In this document: piece by piece, positions 30,914 through 39,717 of the stretch | Position numbering within the stretch: the first letter of the stretch is position 1 | How the letters are laid out: every line of letters begins with the position of its first letter | Assembly (NCBI GenBank): GCA_965218295.1 | Contig: CBDCKN010000015.1 | Location: 480,001-544,000, forward strand | DNA: 64,000 bases | Origin: Longimicrobiales bacterium | GTDB taxonomy: Bacteria > Gemmatimonadota > Gemmatimonadetes > Longimicrobiales > Gaopeijiaceae | Reading direction: 5' to 3' | The notes under the pieces: model-generated | Databases searched by the model: none | The model's input: only the letters and a program-made list of their open reading frames with translations | Told to the model about the DNA's origin: nothing | Program-made: the position numbers and the translations under genes

Positions 30914-31428
30914 GCACCCCCACACACACGATCCGACAACACGACGCTCCCCACGGCTTGGCCGAACAGTTACGAACGGATGGCCATCGCCTGCGCCCCC
31001 GTCCTTCCCGCCCCCTCAGCGGCTTTCAGAGCGGCGATCGGAGGTGCCCCGGAGGCGCCAGTCGGCCGCGACCCGGGGGGGTTCGGCCCGTTCCGCGGCC
31101 GCGGCAGGCCGAGAGGAGGCTCTTGGAGACCGTCAGAGCCGACTTCTCGGCGCTGGGTGACCCATAGGACCCCGGGATCCAGCGCGGAGCTCCCCTCGAC
31201 CTTCAGTTTCGGCGGAGCCGAAGATCGGGGATCGACGGCGGCGCAGCCGACCCGCCCGGATCCTCCAGCCACTCGAGGACGTCCGCGTGCATGAGCGACA
31301 CGACCGGCGAGGTATCCGAGCGTGGGCGCACGAGTCTGTTTGGTGCACGGGAGGGAAGCACGTCTAGCCAGTCCCCGACGGGGGATTCCTTGAGGAACCG
31401 GCGCGCAGCCAACTTCCGCCCCCCGTCC

Positions 31429-31977
31429 TCACAGAAACCGCCGAACCCGGCTCCGATACTCCCGGTAAGCGTCGCCGTACTGCTCCTCCAGCCACAGCTC
31501 CTCGGCCAGCGGCGCAACCACGAACACCACCGCTAGGAGAAGGTGCGTGATCCACAGCAATAGCGAGTTCGCGATCACACTCACGCCCACGAAGCAGACG
31601 ATGTCACCCAGGTACTGCGGATTCCGCGTGAACCGGTAGGGGCCGGTGGACACGAACCCGCCCTTCAACCCGCTCGTGTTCTTCCAGCCCACAGTGACCA
31701 CTCCCCACACGGCCAGCAGGCCGCCGAGCACCACCAGGGGTACCCCAATGATGAACCGTAAGGGGCTCTGGAAGACCCAGGAGTTCCAGTACATCAGGAG
31801 GAGAAGAACGTTGATCCCGATCACCGCCCAGAAGCCCGCCCAGGTCAGCAGATGCTGCCAGGAACCACGGCCCGGCGGTGGCCACAATCGCCTATCTGGG
31901 ACGACGACCGACCAGACGGCTCCCGCCAACTGCGCGATTAGGATGACGACGGCGACGCCGAAAAGGATGGTGGACAT
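31429..31977 (-). CDS. ICMT/PEMT-family membrane methyltransferase
   Basis: TGPYRFTRNPQYLG, EE..L...YG.AY.EY...V.RFL. Confidence 0.88.
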   Translation of the reverse strand: MSTILFGVAVVILIAQLAGAVWSVVVPDRRLWPPPGRGSWQHLLTWAGFWAVIGINVLLLLMYWNSWVFQSPLRFIIGVPLVVLGGLLAVWGVVTVGWKNTSGLKGGFVSTGPYRFTRNPQYLGDIVCFVGVSVIANSLLLWITHLLLAVVFVVAPLAEELWLEEQYGDAYREYRSRVRRFL

Positions 31978-32162
31978 GTACGGATACCCCTGGGGCTGTC
32001 CCAGGTTGGTGGACAGGTGAGCGTTGAGCCTTCAGGGGATACTTGACCTACTCCTCCTACTAGGAGAGCAAGGCTTCCCCCGAAGTGGGGATAAAGGTGC
32101 GTTCACGCGGCGGCGTTTCTGCTCGAACCCGGAAGACCTATCCTCGACGATGGTCTTGCCAT

Positions 32163-33668
32163 TTACGCACTTCCTCCTGATGACTCAAGCTCCTGCGCAA
32201 TGGCTTGAAACGCTTCCAATGCAATGTGTAAGTCTTCCACGATCTCGGCAGCCAGCACCTCAGGCTCGGGCAGGTTCTCGCTGTCCTCCAGTGATTCGTC
32301 CCGTAGCCAGAATATGTCGAGGTTTAGCTTGTCCCGCTTTAGCAGTTCCTCATAGCTGAACGACCGCCACCGGCCCTTCGGATCCTCTTCGCTCCAAATA
32401 TTCTCGCGCTCGTGCCTCCGCCCAGCCTTGTAGCATTCCACGAAATCGTCGAGGTCTGCGCGCTGCAACGGCTTCGTCTTTAGCGTGAAATGCTTGTTCG
32501 TGCGGAGGTCATAGACCCACAGCCGTTCGGTCCATGCCTGCTCCCGTGCAGGCTTCCTGTCGAAGAACACCACGTTCGCCTTCACGCCCTGCGCGTAGAA
32601 CAGGCCTGTTGGGAGGCGGAGCAGCGTGTGCACATCGAACTGCTGAAGCATGTTCTTACGGACGGTCTCACCCGCACCACCCTCGAACAGGATGTTGTCG
32701 GGCATGACGATGGCGCACCGGCCATGGATGCTCAGCAGCGTCTTCACATGCTGAAGGAAGTTGAGCTGCTTGTTCTTCGTAGTGGCCCAGAAGTCCTGGC
32801 GCTCGTAGGCGTGAGCCTCACTCTCCAGCCCTCCCGCTTCGTTCACGATCTGGATACTGCTCCTCCTCCCAAACGGCGGATTTGTGAGTACCACTGAGAA
32901 CCGCTCACCAGGGTCGCTCGCGAGGCTGTCAACACCCGAACGGATAGGGCACGGATCGGCGTCGATCCCGTGCAGGTACAGGTTCATGATCCCAAGGCGA
33001 GCGGTCGCAGGGACCAGTTCCCAGCCATGCACAAAGCCTTCGCGGAGATGTCGCTTCTGGTCGGGATCCAGTTCCGTGCCGTGTTCTCGGGCGACATATT
33101 CGTGGACGGCAAGCAGAAAGCCTCCGGTCCCACACGCAGGGTCGCAAACCGTATCATCGGGACGTGGCTGCATCACGTCCACGATGCCCTTGATCAGCTG
33201 ACGGGGGGTGAAGTACTGACCGGCCCCCTTCGGTGATTCCTGAGCAGACTTCGAAAGCAGCCCCTCATAGATGTCGCCCTTTACGTCGGCATGCATCGAC
33301 ATCCAACTCTCTGGATCGATGAGATCAACGATCAGCCTCTTCAAGGTCGCTGGGTTCTGAATCTCCTGTCGTGCTTTCTTGAAGATTTCTCCGAGCATCC
33401 CCGATTGCGTTCCGAGTTCCCGTAGGATGTGTCGGTAGTGCGACTCTAGCTCCTCGCCGTCGCGTGTGAGTAGGCTCGGCCAGTCCATGTCTTCCGGAAC
33501 GATGGGGTCTCGGCTCCACGGCGGCTGGGTCTGCTCATGGGCCATCTTCAGGAAGAGCAGGAAAGTGATCTGCTCGGTGTAGGCCATATAGGAGAGCCCG
33601 TCGTCTCTCAAGACGTGCGCGAAGCTCCAGGCTTTGTTGACGACCTGTTGGGTGTGGTTGTTCGGCAT
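32163..33668 (-). CDS. hsdM: Type I RM methyltransferase subunit
   Basis: GQYFTPR, DPACGTGGFL, TNPPF, LRLPTGLFY. Confidence 0.95.
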   Translation of the reverse strand: MPNNHTQQVVNKAWSFAHVLRDDGLSYMAYTEQITFLLFLKMAHEQTQPPWSRDPIVPEDMDWPSLLTRDGEELESHYRHILRELGTQSGMLGEIFKKARQEIQNPATLKRLIVDLIDPESWMSMHADVKGDIYEGLLSKSAQESPKGAGQYFTPRQLIKGIVDVMQPRPDDTVCDPACGTGGFLLAVHEYVAREHGTELDPDQKRHLREGFVHGWELVPATARLGIMNLYLHGIDADPCPIRSGVDSLASDPGERFSVVLTNPPFGRRSSIQIVNEAGGLESEAHAYERQDFWATTKNKQLNFLQHVKTLLSIHGRCAIVMPDNILFEGGAGETVRKNMLQQFDVHTLLRLPTGLFYAQGVKANVVFFDRKPAREQAWTERLWVYDLRTNKHFTLKTKPLQRADLDDFVECYKAGRRHERENIWSEEDPKGRWRSFSYEELLKRDKLNLDIFWLRDESLEDSENLPEPEVLAAEIVEDLHIALEAFQAIAQELESSGGSA

Positions 33669-35194
33669 TAGAGGACTTGCTTCTTGCGTTTGTGTATCGG
33701 CCTCGCGGGGCGGCGCTTTCTCCGATTGCCTTCCTGGTCGGCTCGAATGCGCTCAAGGAGGACGGAAGCGGGCTCGTCGGTAGGATCTTGTGGGACGAGG
33801 TGGCCCGCGAAGGCGAGTTTGAGGATGGATTGGCGGAGGCGGGCGGAAGTAGTGCGGCGCGATTTCACCGCCTCTAGTGATCGCTGCCAAACGTCCATCA
33901 GCTCCTGCACTAGATCCAATACGATTTTCTGCTCAGAAGCAGGTGGCAAAGGAAGGAGAAGCGGCAGAATGTCTTGATTGTTGATTTGGGGCACATTCGA
34001 TCCGTCCGCTAGCACTGCAAGGTCGACGGACTGAAACCACCACCACAGCCATGTCCCAACGTCACCCACCGGGCTCATCGCCATGATGTTCAGATCGAGG
34101 CAGGACGAGACAGCGAGCTCCCTCTTCTTGTTGGTTGCTATGGCTCCCCCTCGCTTGGGGAATACAATTGTACCGGCAGGGAAGACCCTTAGCCCAAGAG
34201 CCTTTGCTTTGTTCATAGAAAGATAGGCCCTCGAGTGTTGCATGGCCCTCTCGTTCCCGGGCAGGTTCATATCGCCCACCTTGTACCACGGAACCTCACC
34301 TGTTGGTGTGACGTTGGCGGCCGCGCCTTTCGGCGTTTGGCCGCTAGAGATATTTGACACCTGATCCACCGTTGCCCAACACCATCCCTGCGGCAGTTCC
34401 GGCAGTTCGCCCTCATCCGGCCCTAGCGGTTCCTTGTACTTGTCCCTCCAGTTCCTGGGTGGTTTCCGGTCCCTGGCGGCAAACTTGGCAAGCTGCTCTT
34501 CCTCCCAAAGCTGTCTCCGCTCAACCAGAATCCGCTGAAGGAGCTCCGCGCCCGTCTCGTCGGGCGGATTCTTCCGTCTCCACTCCTCGGTCAGCCTCCC
34601 CTCGACCGCTGCCTTGAGCACTGAGGCTCGGTAGCGCTTCAGCTTTGCCTGGGCGCGCTCGAGTGCCGCAACGCCCGCATCCAGTTCGGAGAACAGTTCA
34701 TCAAGCTTCGCGACGATACGGTGCTGCTCGGGGAGGGGGGCGAGAGGGATAGGAAACTCTCGTACGACCTTGCCGGATACGGCTTTGAATGTGGTGCCTG
34801 TTCCCTTGGTATCTAGTTCATCCGCATAGCGACGGAGTATGTACAGCATGTAGCTGAGGCTTAGGCTGTTCTCGGGTCGTATCGCGGCCAAGCCGCGTCC
34901 TATGCAACACTTGTATGGTGCGAGATTGGTAGGTCCAACAGGCGCTCTGACAGACAGTAGGATATCGTCAGCAAGAGCTATTTTGTTTGGTTGAGTGCAC
35001 CACACACGCGCTTCTGGATATAGGTTGCCGAACTCTGCTTTTCCCTGAAAAAAAGGCAACCCCACCCCGTCGTGGTTGTAAGTCACAGACGGCGGCGATT
35101 GTCCCATATTGACGAGAGCGACATCGGCAATACTAGCCGAGCACCACCCCGCTGGTAGCTCAGAGCGGTCTGTAACGAGTTGATCATTGCTCAC
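33668..35194 (-). CDS. hsdS: Type I RM specificity subunit
   Basis: Two TRDs; IPLAPLPEQHRIV, LPLPPASEQ, LRQSILKLAFAG. Confidence 0.95.
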   Translation of the reverse strand: MSNDQLVTDRSELPAGWCSASIADVALVNMGQSPPSVTYNHDGVGLPFFQGKAEFGNLYPEARVWCTQPNKIALADDILLSVRAPVGPTNLAPYKCCIGRGLAAIRPENSLSLSYMLYILRRYADELDTKGTGTTFKAVSGKVVREFPIPLAPLPEQHRIVAKLDELFSELDAGVAALERAQAKLKRYRASVLKAAVEGRLTEEWRRKNPPDETGAELLQRILVERRQLWEEEQLAKFAARDRKPPRNWRDKYKEPLGPDEGELPELPQGWCWATVDQVSNISSGQTPKGAAANVTPTGEVPWYKVGDMNLPGNERAMQHSRAYLSMNKAKALGLRVFPAGTIVFPKRGGAIATNKKRELAVSSCLDLNIMAMSPVGDVGTWLWWWFQSVDLAVLADGSNVPQINNQDILPLLLPLPPASEQKIVLDLVQELMDVWQRSLEAVKSRRTTSARLRQSILKLAFAGHLVPQDPTDEPASVLLERIRADQEGNRRKRRPARPIHKRKKQVL

Positions 35195-37986
35195 GCAGCT
35201 AACCTATCGTTCAACTCACCTAGCACGACTGTGAGCTGGTCACCGAAGACCTGGTACGCCTTCCCGAGCCCACCCATCTGGCTAAAGGGAATTTCCTGGA
35301 AGTCGTCCTGCTCGATGCTGAGCGCCTTTGCGATATGGTCCTTGATGGCGTCTAACCAGAGTCCCTGCTCGGGGGTGAAGATGAAGCCCGTCGCCTCTTT
35401 CTCGGTCCTCCACTCCCGATACCGCGTTTCAACTGTCTCAGCGACAGGCTCGAGGGGCTGCTCGGGTGTGATCGCGTGCTTTATGATGGCCACGAGGTCG
35501 ACTAGGGCGTTCCCTCCTGCCCCTGTCACGCTCTGGGGCTCGACGGCGGTGTACATGGACCAGAGCCGGTTGACGGGGTCGTGCAGGGACAGCGGCGGCT
35601 TCTTCAGTGCCTCGGCCAATTTCTTTACGTGTCGATATCGCAGACCAGCGCGATACGGTCGAGAGTAGAGGATCTGGAGGGCTTCGATCTCGTCCTTGTT
35701 ATCCTCGATGAACTGCCTGAAGTCGGTGAGCTTCGAGCGGGCGTCGTCGAGAGCGGCCTGATCATACTCAGCCCGTATCAATTCGTCCTGGGTGACCTCG
35801 TCGATGACCTGTTCGAGGATCCGTAGGGTATTCAGGATCGTGCCACGCAGCTCGGGCCGGTGGAACGGCTTCAACGCCTCCGTTATCTCCTCGCTTTCAA
35901 CCTTGGCGAGCTGCTTCTCGGTTGGCTCCTCACCCTCGGGCAGATCGAACTTCCTAGTGGTCAGCTCTCGTGTCCGGTCGGGATCGATACTGGCGAGGAG
36001 ATTGGCTGCGAGCGTCCCCGGTCCGCTGCCGTCCGCCTGCTCCGCTATCTCGGATCGCTCCTCGTCTCCTATCTGCCTGTCGAGCCGTGTCAGCCGAGAC
36101 GCTAGGGTCGAGACGATGTCAGCGTGGACGATCCCCTGGGCAACCTGTTGGAGGATCTTGTCAAGCCCGACAGTCGGCTGTCGATCGAGCGGCTTTGACA
36201 ACGACTTATCGTTCTCGCAGACGCCGACTGCATCCACAACCACAAAGTGCGTCTTGTGCTTCGCGTCGGGCGTTACACTCTGAAGGTCGTCGGGATTGAT
36301 GATGCGTACCCCCCGGCCCTTCATCTGCTCAAAGTACGAGAGCGACCTGATATTCCGCATGAAGAGCAGGCACTCCAATGCCTTCACATCCGTGCCCGTC
36401 GCGATCATGTCCACCGTAACCGCGATGCGCGGGTTGAACGAGTTCCTGAATTGAGCCAGTAGGTCCTCGGGCGCGACACCCGTTGTCTTACTCGTGATCT
36501 TCTGGCAGAACTCGTTGCCCTTGCCGAACTCCTCTCGGATGATATTGACGATATCCTCGGCATGGTTGTCGGTCTTGGCGAAGACGAGTGTCTTGGGGAC
36601 TTCAGTGCGACCGGGGAAAATCTCAGTCGGAAGCCGGTCCCTGAAGGTTCGTACGACAAGTCGAATCTGATCTTCGGCGACCACATCGCGGTCGAGTTGG
36701 GTCGAGCTATAGGTGAGGTCATCCTCCAGTTCCTTAAGCGTCCGCTCCTTCGTGCGCCTATCTCGATGCGGCACGTAGGTGCGAGCACTGATCCGGCCGC
36801 CCTGCTGCGTGATCTTCGTATCGATGCGGTACACCGAGTATCCAACGTTCACCCCATCGGCTACTGCTCGTTCGTGCGAATAGTCCTGCACGACGTTGTT
36901 CTTGAAGAAGCCAATGGTCTGGGGCGTCGGCGTCGCTGTAAGGCCGATGGTGAAGGCGTCGAAGTAGTCGAGCACCTGGCGCCAGACGTTGTAGATCGAG
37001 CGGTGACACTCGTCCACTACAACGAAGTCGAAGGTCTCAATGGGCACGCTCGGGCTGTACTCCACGGGCACAGGGTCTTTCGTCGCGGGGCTGCCCGACT
37101 CGAACATCGAGCCCTCCTCGCGCTCCGCCTCGAACTCTTCGTCGCCCCTCAGCATTGCGTACAGCCGCTGGATCGTCGTGATGACTACCTTGCTAGCGGG
37201 GTCGATGGCGTTTCCTCTTAGGTGCTGAACGACGTATTCGTTTGTGAAAGAGTCGTTCGTCTGGGGGCTGACGAACTGCTGGAACTCGTTCAGCGTCTGT
37301 CGGGCCAGGTTGTTGCGGTCCACCAGGAATAGGATCCGCTTCGCCTTTCCAAACTTGATGAGGCGGTAGCAAAACGAGCACGCCGTGTAGGTCTTGCCGC
37401 TCCCGGTGGCCATCTGGATGAGTGCGCGCGGGCGGTTTGCCGCAAGGGACCGCTCTAGGTTCGTGATGGCATCGCGTTGGACCGGCCATAGCCGCCCAGG
37501 CTCCAGCACCGGCATCTCGCGCAGGTTGCTGCGCAGCTGGCACTGGAGCTCCACCAACCGCTTCAGCTCCTCCGGCCTGTGGAACGTGAAGACTTCTCGG
37601 CTCCGGTGGTCGGGGTCTAGGCCGTTCGTGAAGTGGGTGATCTTGCCCGTCGACTCATACGCGAACGGTAGGGGCAACCGGTAGTTCGGGATCCCCTCGG
37701 GGAGACCATCGGTGTACTGTTTGGACTGGGGTTCGACGCCTCTCAGCGGATACCCTGCCGGCTTCGCCTCGACGACCCCGATCGCGCGTCCGTCGGCGTA
37801 GAGCAGGTAGTCGGCGGACCCAGTGCAGGTCTTCGCGCCTTCCTTCCACCTGAGCGGATACTCCCGAACAGCCACGCCGAGCCCAGCATGGATGTTCATG
37901 GACGCGAAGTCCTGAACCACCCATCCGCAGGCTTCGAGCTGCTCGTCGATCTCCTCGCGGGCTAGCTGTTCAGGAGTCAGTGGCAC
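35191..37986 (-). CDS. hsdR: Type I RM restriction subunit (EcoEI-like)
   Basis: ADYLL..VVEAK, MATGSGKT, DECHR, GLTATP, QMKGRG. Confidence 0.95.
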   Translation of the reverse strand: MPLTPEQLAREEIDEQLEACGWVVQDFASMNIHAGLGVAVREYPLRWKEGAKTCTGSADYLLYADGRAIGVVEAKPAGYPLRGVEPQSKQYTDGLPEGIPNYRLPLPFAYESTGKITHFTNGLDPDHRSREVFTFHRPEELKRLVELQCQLRSNLREMPVLEPGRLWPVQRDAITNLERSLAANRPRALIQMATGSGKTYTACSFCYRLIKFGKAKRILFLVDRNNLARQTLNEFQQFVSPQTNDSFTNEYVVQHLRGNAIDPASKVVITTIQRLYAMLRGDEEFEAEREEGSMFESGSPATKDPVPVEYSPSVPIETFDFVVVDECHRSIYNVWRQVLDYFDAFTIGLTATPTPQTIGFFKNNVVQDYSHERAVADGVNVGYSVYRIDTKITQQGGRISARTYVPHRDRRTKERTLKELEDDLTYSSTQLDRDVVAEDQIRLVVRTFRDRLPTEIFPGRTEVPKTLVFAKTDNHAEDIVNIIREEFGKGNEFCQKITSKTTGVAPEDLLAQFRNSFNPRIAVTVDMIATGTDVKALECLLFMRNIRSLSYFEQMKGRGVRIINPDDLQSVTPDAKHKTHFVVVDAVGVCENDKSLSKPLDRQPTVGLDKILQQVAQGIVHADIVSTLASRLTRLDRQIGDEERSEIAEQADGSGPGTLAANLLASIDPDRTRELTTRKFDLPEGEEPTEKQLAKVESEEITEALKPFHRPELRGTILNTLRILEQVIDEVTQDELIRAEYDQAALDDARSKLTDFRQFIEDNKDEIEALQILYSRPYRAGLRYRHVKKLAEALKKPPLSLHDPVNRLWSMYTAVEPQSVTGAGGNALVDLVAIIKHAITPEQPLEPVAETVETRYREWRTEKEATGFIFTPEQGLWLDAIKDHIAKALSIEQDDFQEIPFSQMGGLGKAYQVFGDQLTVVLGELNDRLAA

Positions 37987-38179
37987 GGGAATGCATTCTC
38001 TTTCGGGGTTGTTTCAGGAGCACAAGGATTCTTCGAGAGTCGGGTGATGGGGCTGTTCCTGAGACGGACGAAGGGGGCGGGGAGTTGGGCCCCTCGAGGA
38101 GAAGCTGACGAATCTCGAGACGGCCACGACGGCGGCCGGCCTTGAGGTGACGACGCTGCTTCGCGAGCAAGTGGCTGGA

Positions 38180-38467
38180 TCACGCCGCCACAAAACTCTC
38201 CACCGCGATCTCCTCGGCGCGGCCGCGGGCCTGCCAGAGATCGTAGGCCATCTGCATCCCCAGCCAGGTCTCGGGCGTCGAGCCGAAGGCCTTAGACAGC
38301 CGTATCGCCATCTCTACCGAAACCCCCGTGCGCTCGTTCACCAACTCCGAAAGCGCCTGCCGGGTAACGCCCAACCCTTCGGCAGCACGGGTCACGGTCA
38401 GACCCAGGGGTTCGAGACATTGCCGCTTCACGATACCGCCCGGATGCGGAGGGTTGTGCATCGCCAT
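38180..38467 (-). CDS. higA: HigA antitoxin
   Basis: HNPPHPG..LGVTRQALSELVN..EMAIRL..WLGMQ. Confidence 0.93.
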   Translation of the reverse strand: MAMHNPPHPGGIVKRQCLEPLGLTVTRAAEGLGVTRQALSELVNERTGVSVEMAIRLSKAFGSTPETWLGMQMAYDLWQARGRAEEIAVESFVAA

Positions 38468-38480
38468 GATCAGCTCCTCC

Positions 38481-38759
38481 TCAGTGATAATCCACGTAGT
38501 TCACATCGACCGCCGCGCCGTCCTCGAACCGGAAGGTCACGCGCCAGTTGCCGGATACCGAAACCGCGTAGTGCCCCTTCAGCGGCCCCTTGAGTGCGTG
38601 TAACCGGAACCCCGGCAGACTCATGCCCTCCGGCCCCCGGCTGAAATCGAGTGCCGCCAGGATGTCCCGCAACCTGCCTACATGCTCCGGCGCGACTCGC
38701 TGTGCCGTCCTTCCCTCATAGAGCGCCTTCAGCCCCCGGTGGCGGAACGATGCAATCAC
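38481..38759 (-). CDS. higB: HigB (RelE-type) toxin
   Basis: MIASFRHRGL..LHALKG..VSGNWRVTFRF..DYH; toxin precedes antitoxin. Confidence 0.93.
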   Translation of the reverse strand: MIASFRHRGLKALYEGRTAQRVAPEHVGRLRDILAALDFSRGPEGMSLPGFRLHALKGPLKGHYAVSVSGNWRVTFRFEDGAAVDVNYVDYH

Positions 38760-39204
38760 TGCGGAATTCTAGTCCGTCGCCTGTCAAATGACAATTGGCG
38801 ATCCCAGATGGGGTCGGTTCACACGGTAGTGCGGCGGCCTTCTCATTCGGACAGCTACACCGGGGCTGATCCGCCAAGATGCGTTCAGAGTGTCGTTCCC
38901 TATCCCGCTCCCCAGCGGGTACGCGGCGCCGGGGCGCCCGAGCCCGTATGCAGCGGTAGCCGCTCGGGTCACTCCCAGCAACGGCAGCTTGGCGACCCTT
39001 TCCTCCGCGGGCTGCTAGGAGTCGCCACAGCTTTGCGCGGCTCCCTCGGTGTACTTCACGCGTCCGTTGGCAGAGCCCGGTCCGCCTCTAGTACGTCGCT
39101 GGAACTCTAGGGACATCGCCTCTTTGCCCGTTGTTGACACGGCATGAAGCGGGCTCCTCAATGTACGGGTATGGAGATTCTGACGGCCCAGGGTTCCCAG
39201 CGCC

Positions 39205-39300
39205 GGGGGCTGTCTGGCGCACTTAAGGTGCGTAAGCCAGCCCACGCAATGTTGAACATTGCGCTCTGGCGAGGGGATGCTGCGCCCCCCTTCGAACCCC
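39205..39300. other. Putative oriT (ColE1/MOBP5-like)
   Basis: CTGGCTTA on minus strand (39233-39240) matches the ColE1-type nic motif; adjacent IR CGCAC-TTAAG-GTGCG; directly upstream of mobC. Confidence 0.7.
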
Positions 39301-39375
39301 CGGCTTCCCGCGCTGCTGCCGGGGCAGCGGGCGGGCGGGAGCCGCCGCCCCCCGAACCCCGTCGCCTGTGCGCTC

Positions 39376-39717
39376 ATGGCTGATCGCCGCACCGTCATGG
39401 TCGCCGCCCGCGTCACGCCGGCGGAGCATGCCGCTTGGCAAGACAAGGCGGAAGCGGCGGGCGTGTCGCCGTCCGCGCTGCTGCGGCAGGCGATGGCGCG
39501 GACGCGAACGTGGACCGCGCCGGCACTGGCCGTCGAGCGCGAACGCAGCCGCCAGATCGCGCGCATCGGCAACAACCTGAACCAGCTCGCGCGCTGGGCG
39601 AACACGCACGCCTCGGCGGTCGAGGCCGCCGCGGTGATCGCCAACCTCGTGTCGTTCGAGCGGTCGCTGCTCGCTGCCATGGCCCGCTTCGACGGAGATG
39701 GCGGGGATGCACATTAA
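39376..39717 (+). CDS. mobC: MobC relaxosome accessory protein
   Basis: RHH-like start; QIARIGNNLNQLARWAN. Confidence 0.92.
   Translation: MADRRTVMVAARVTPAEHAAWQDKAEAAGVSPSALLRQAMARTRTWTAPALAVERERSRQIARIGNNLNQLARWANTHASAVEAAAVIANLVSFERSLLAAMARFDGDGGDAH

Larger units (their letters stand above)
27672..30973 (+). mobile_element. IS66-family element with DUF4338 passenger
   Basis: GTAA..TTAC ends, 49-bp perfect IR; flanks GAACGGACT / GAACGGAT (near-perfect TSD). Confidence 0.92.
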
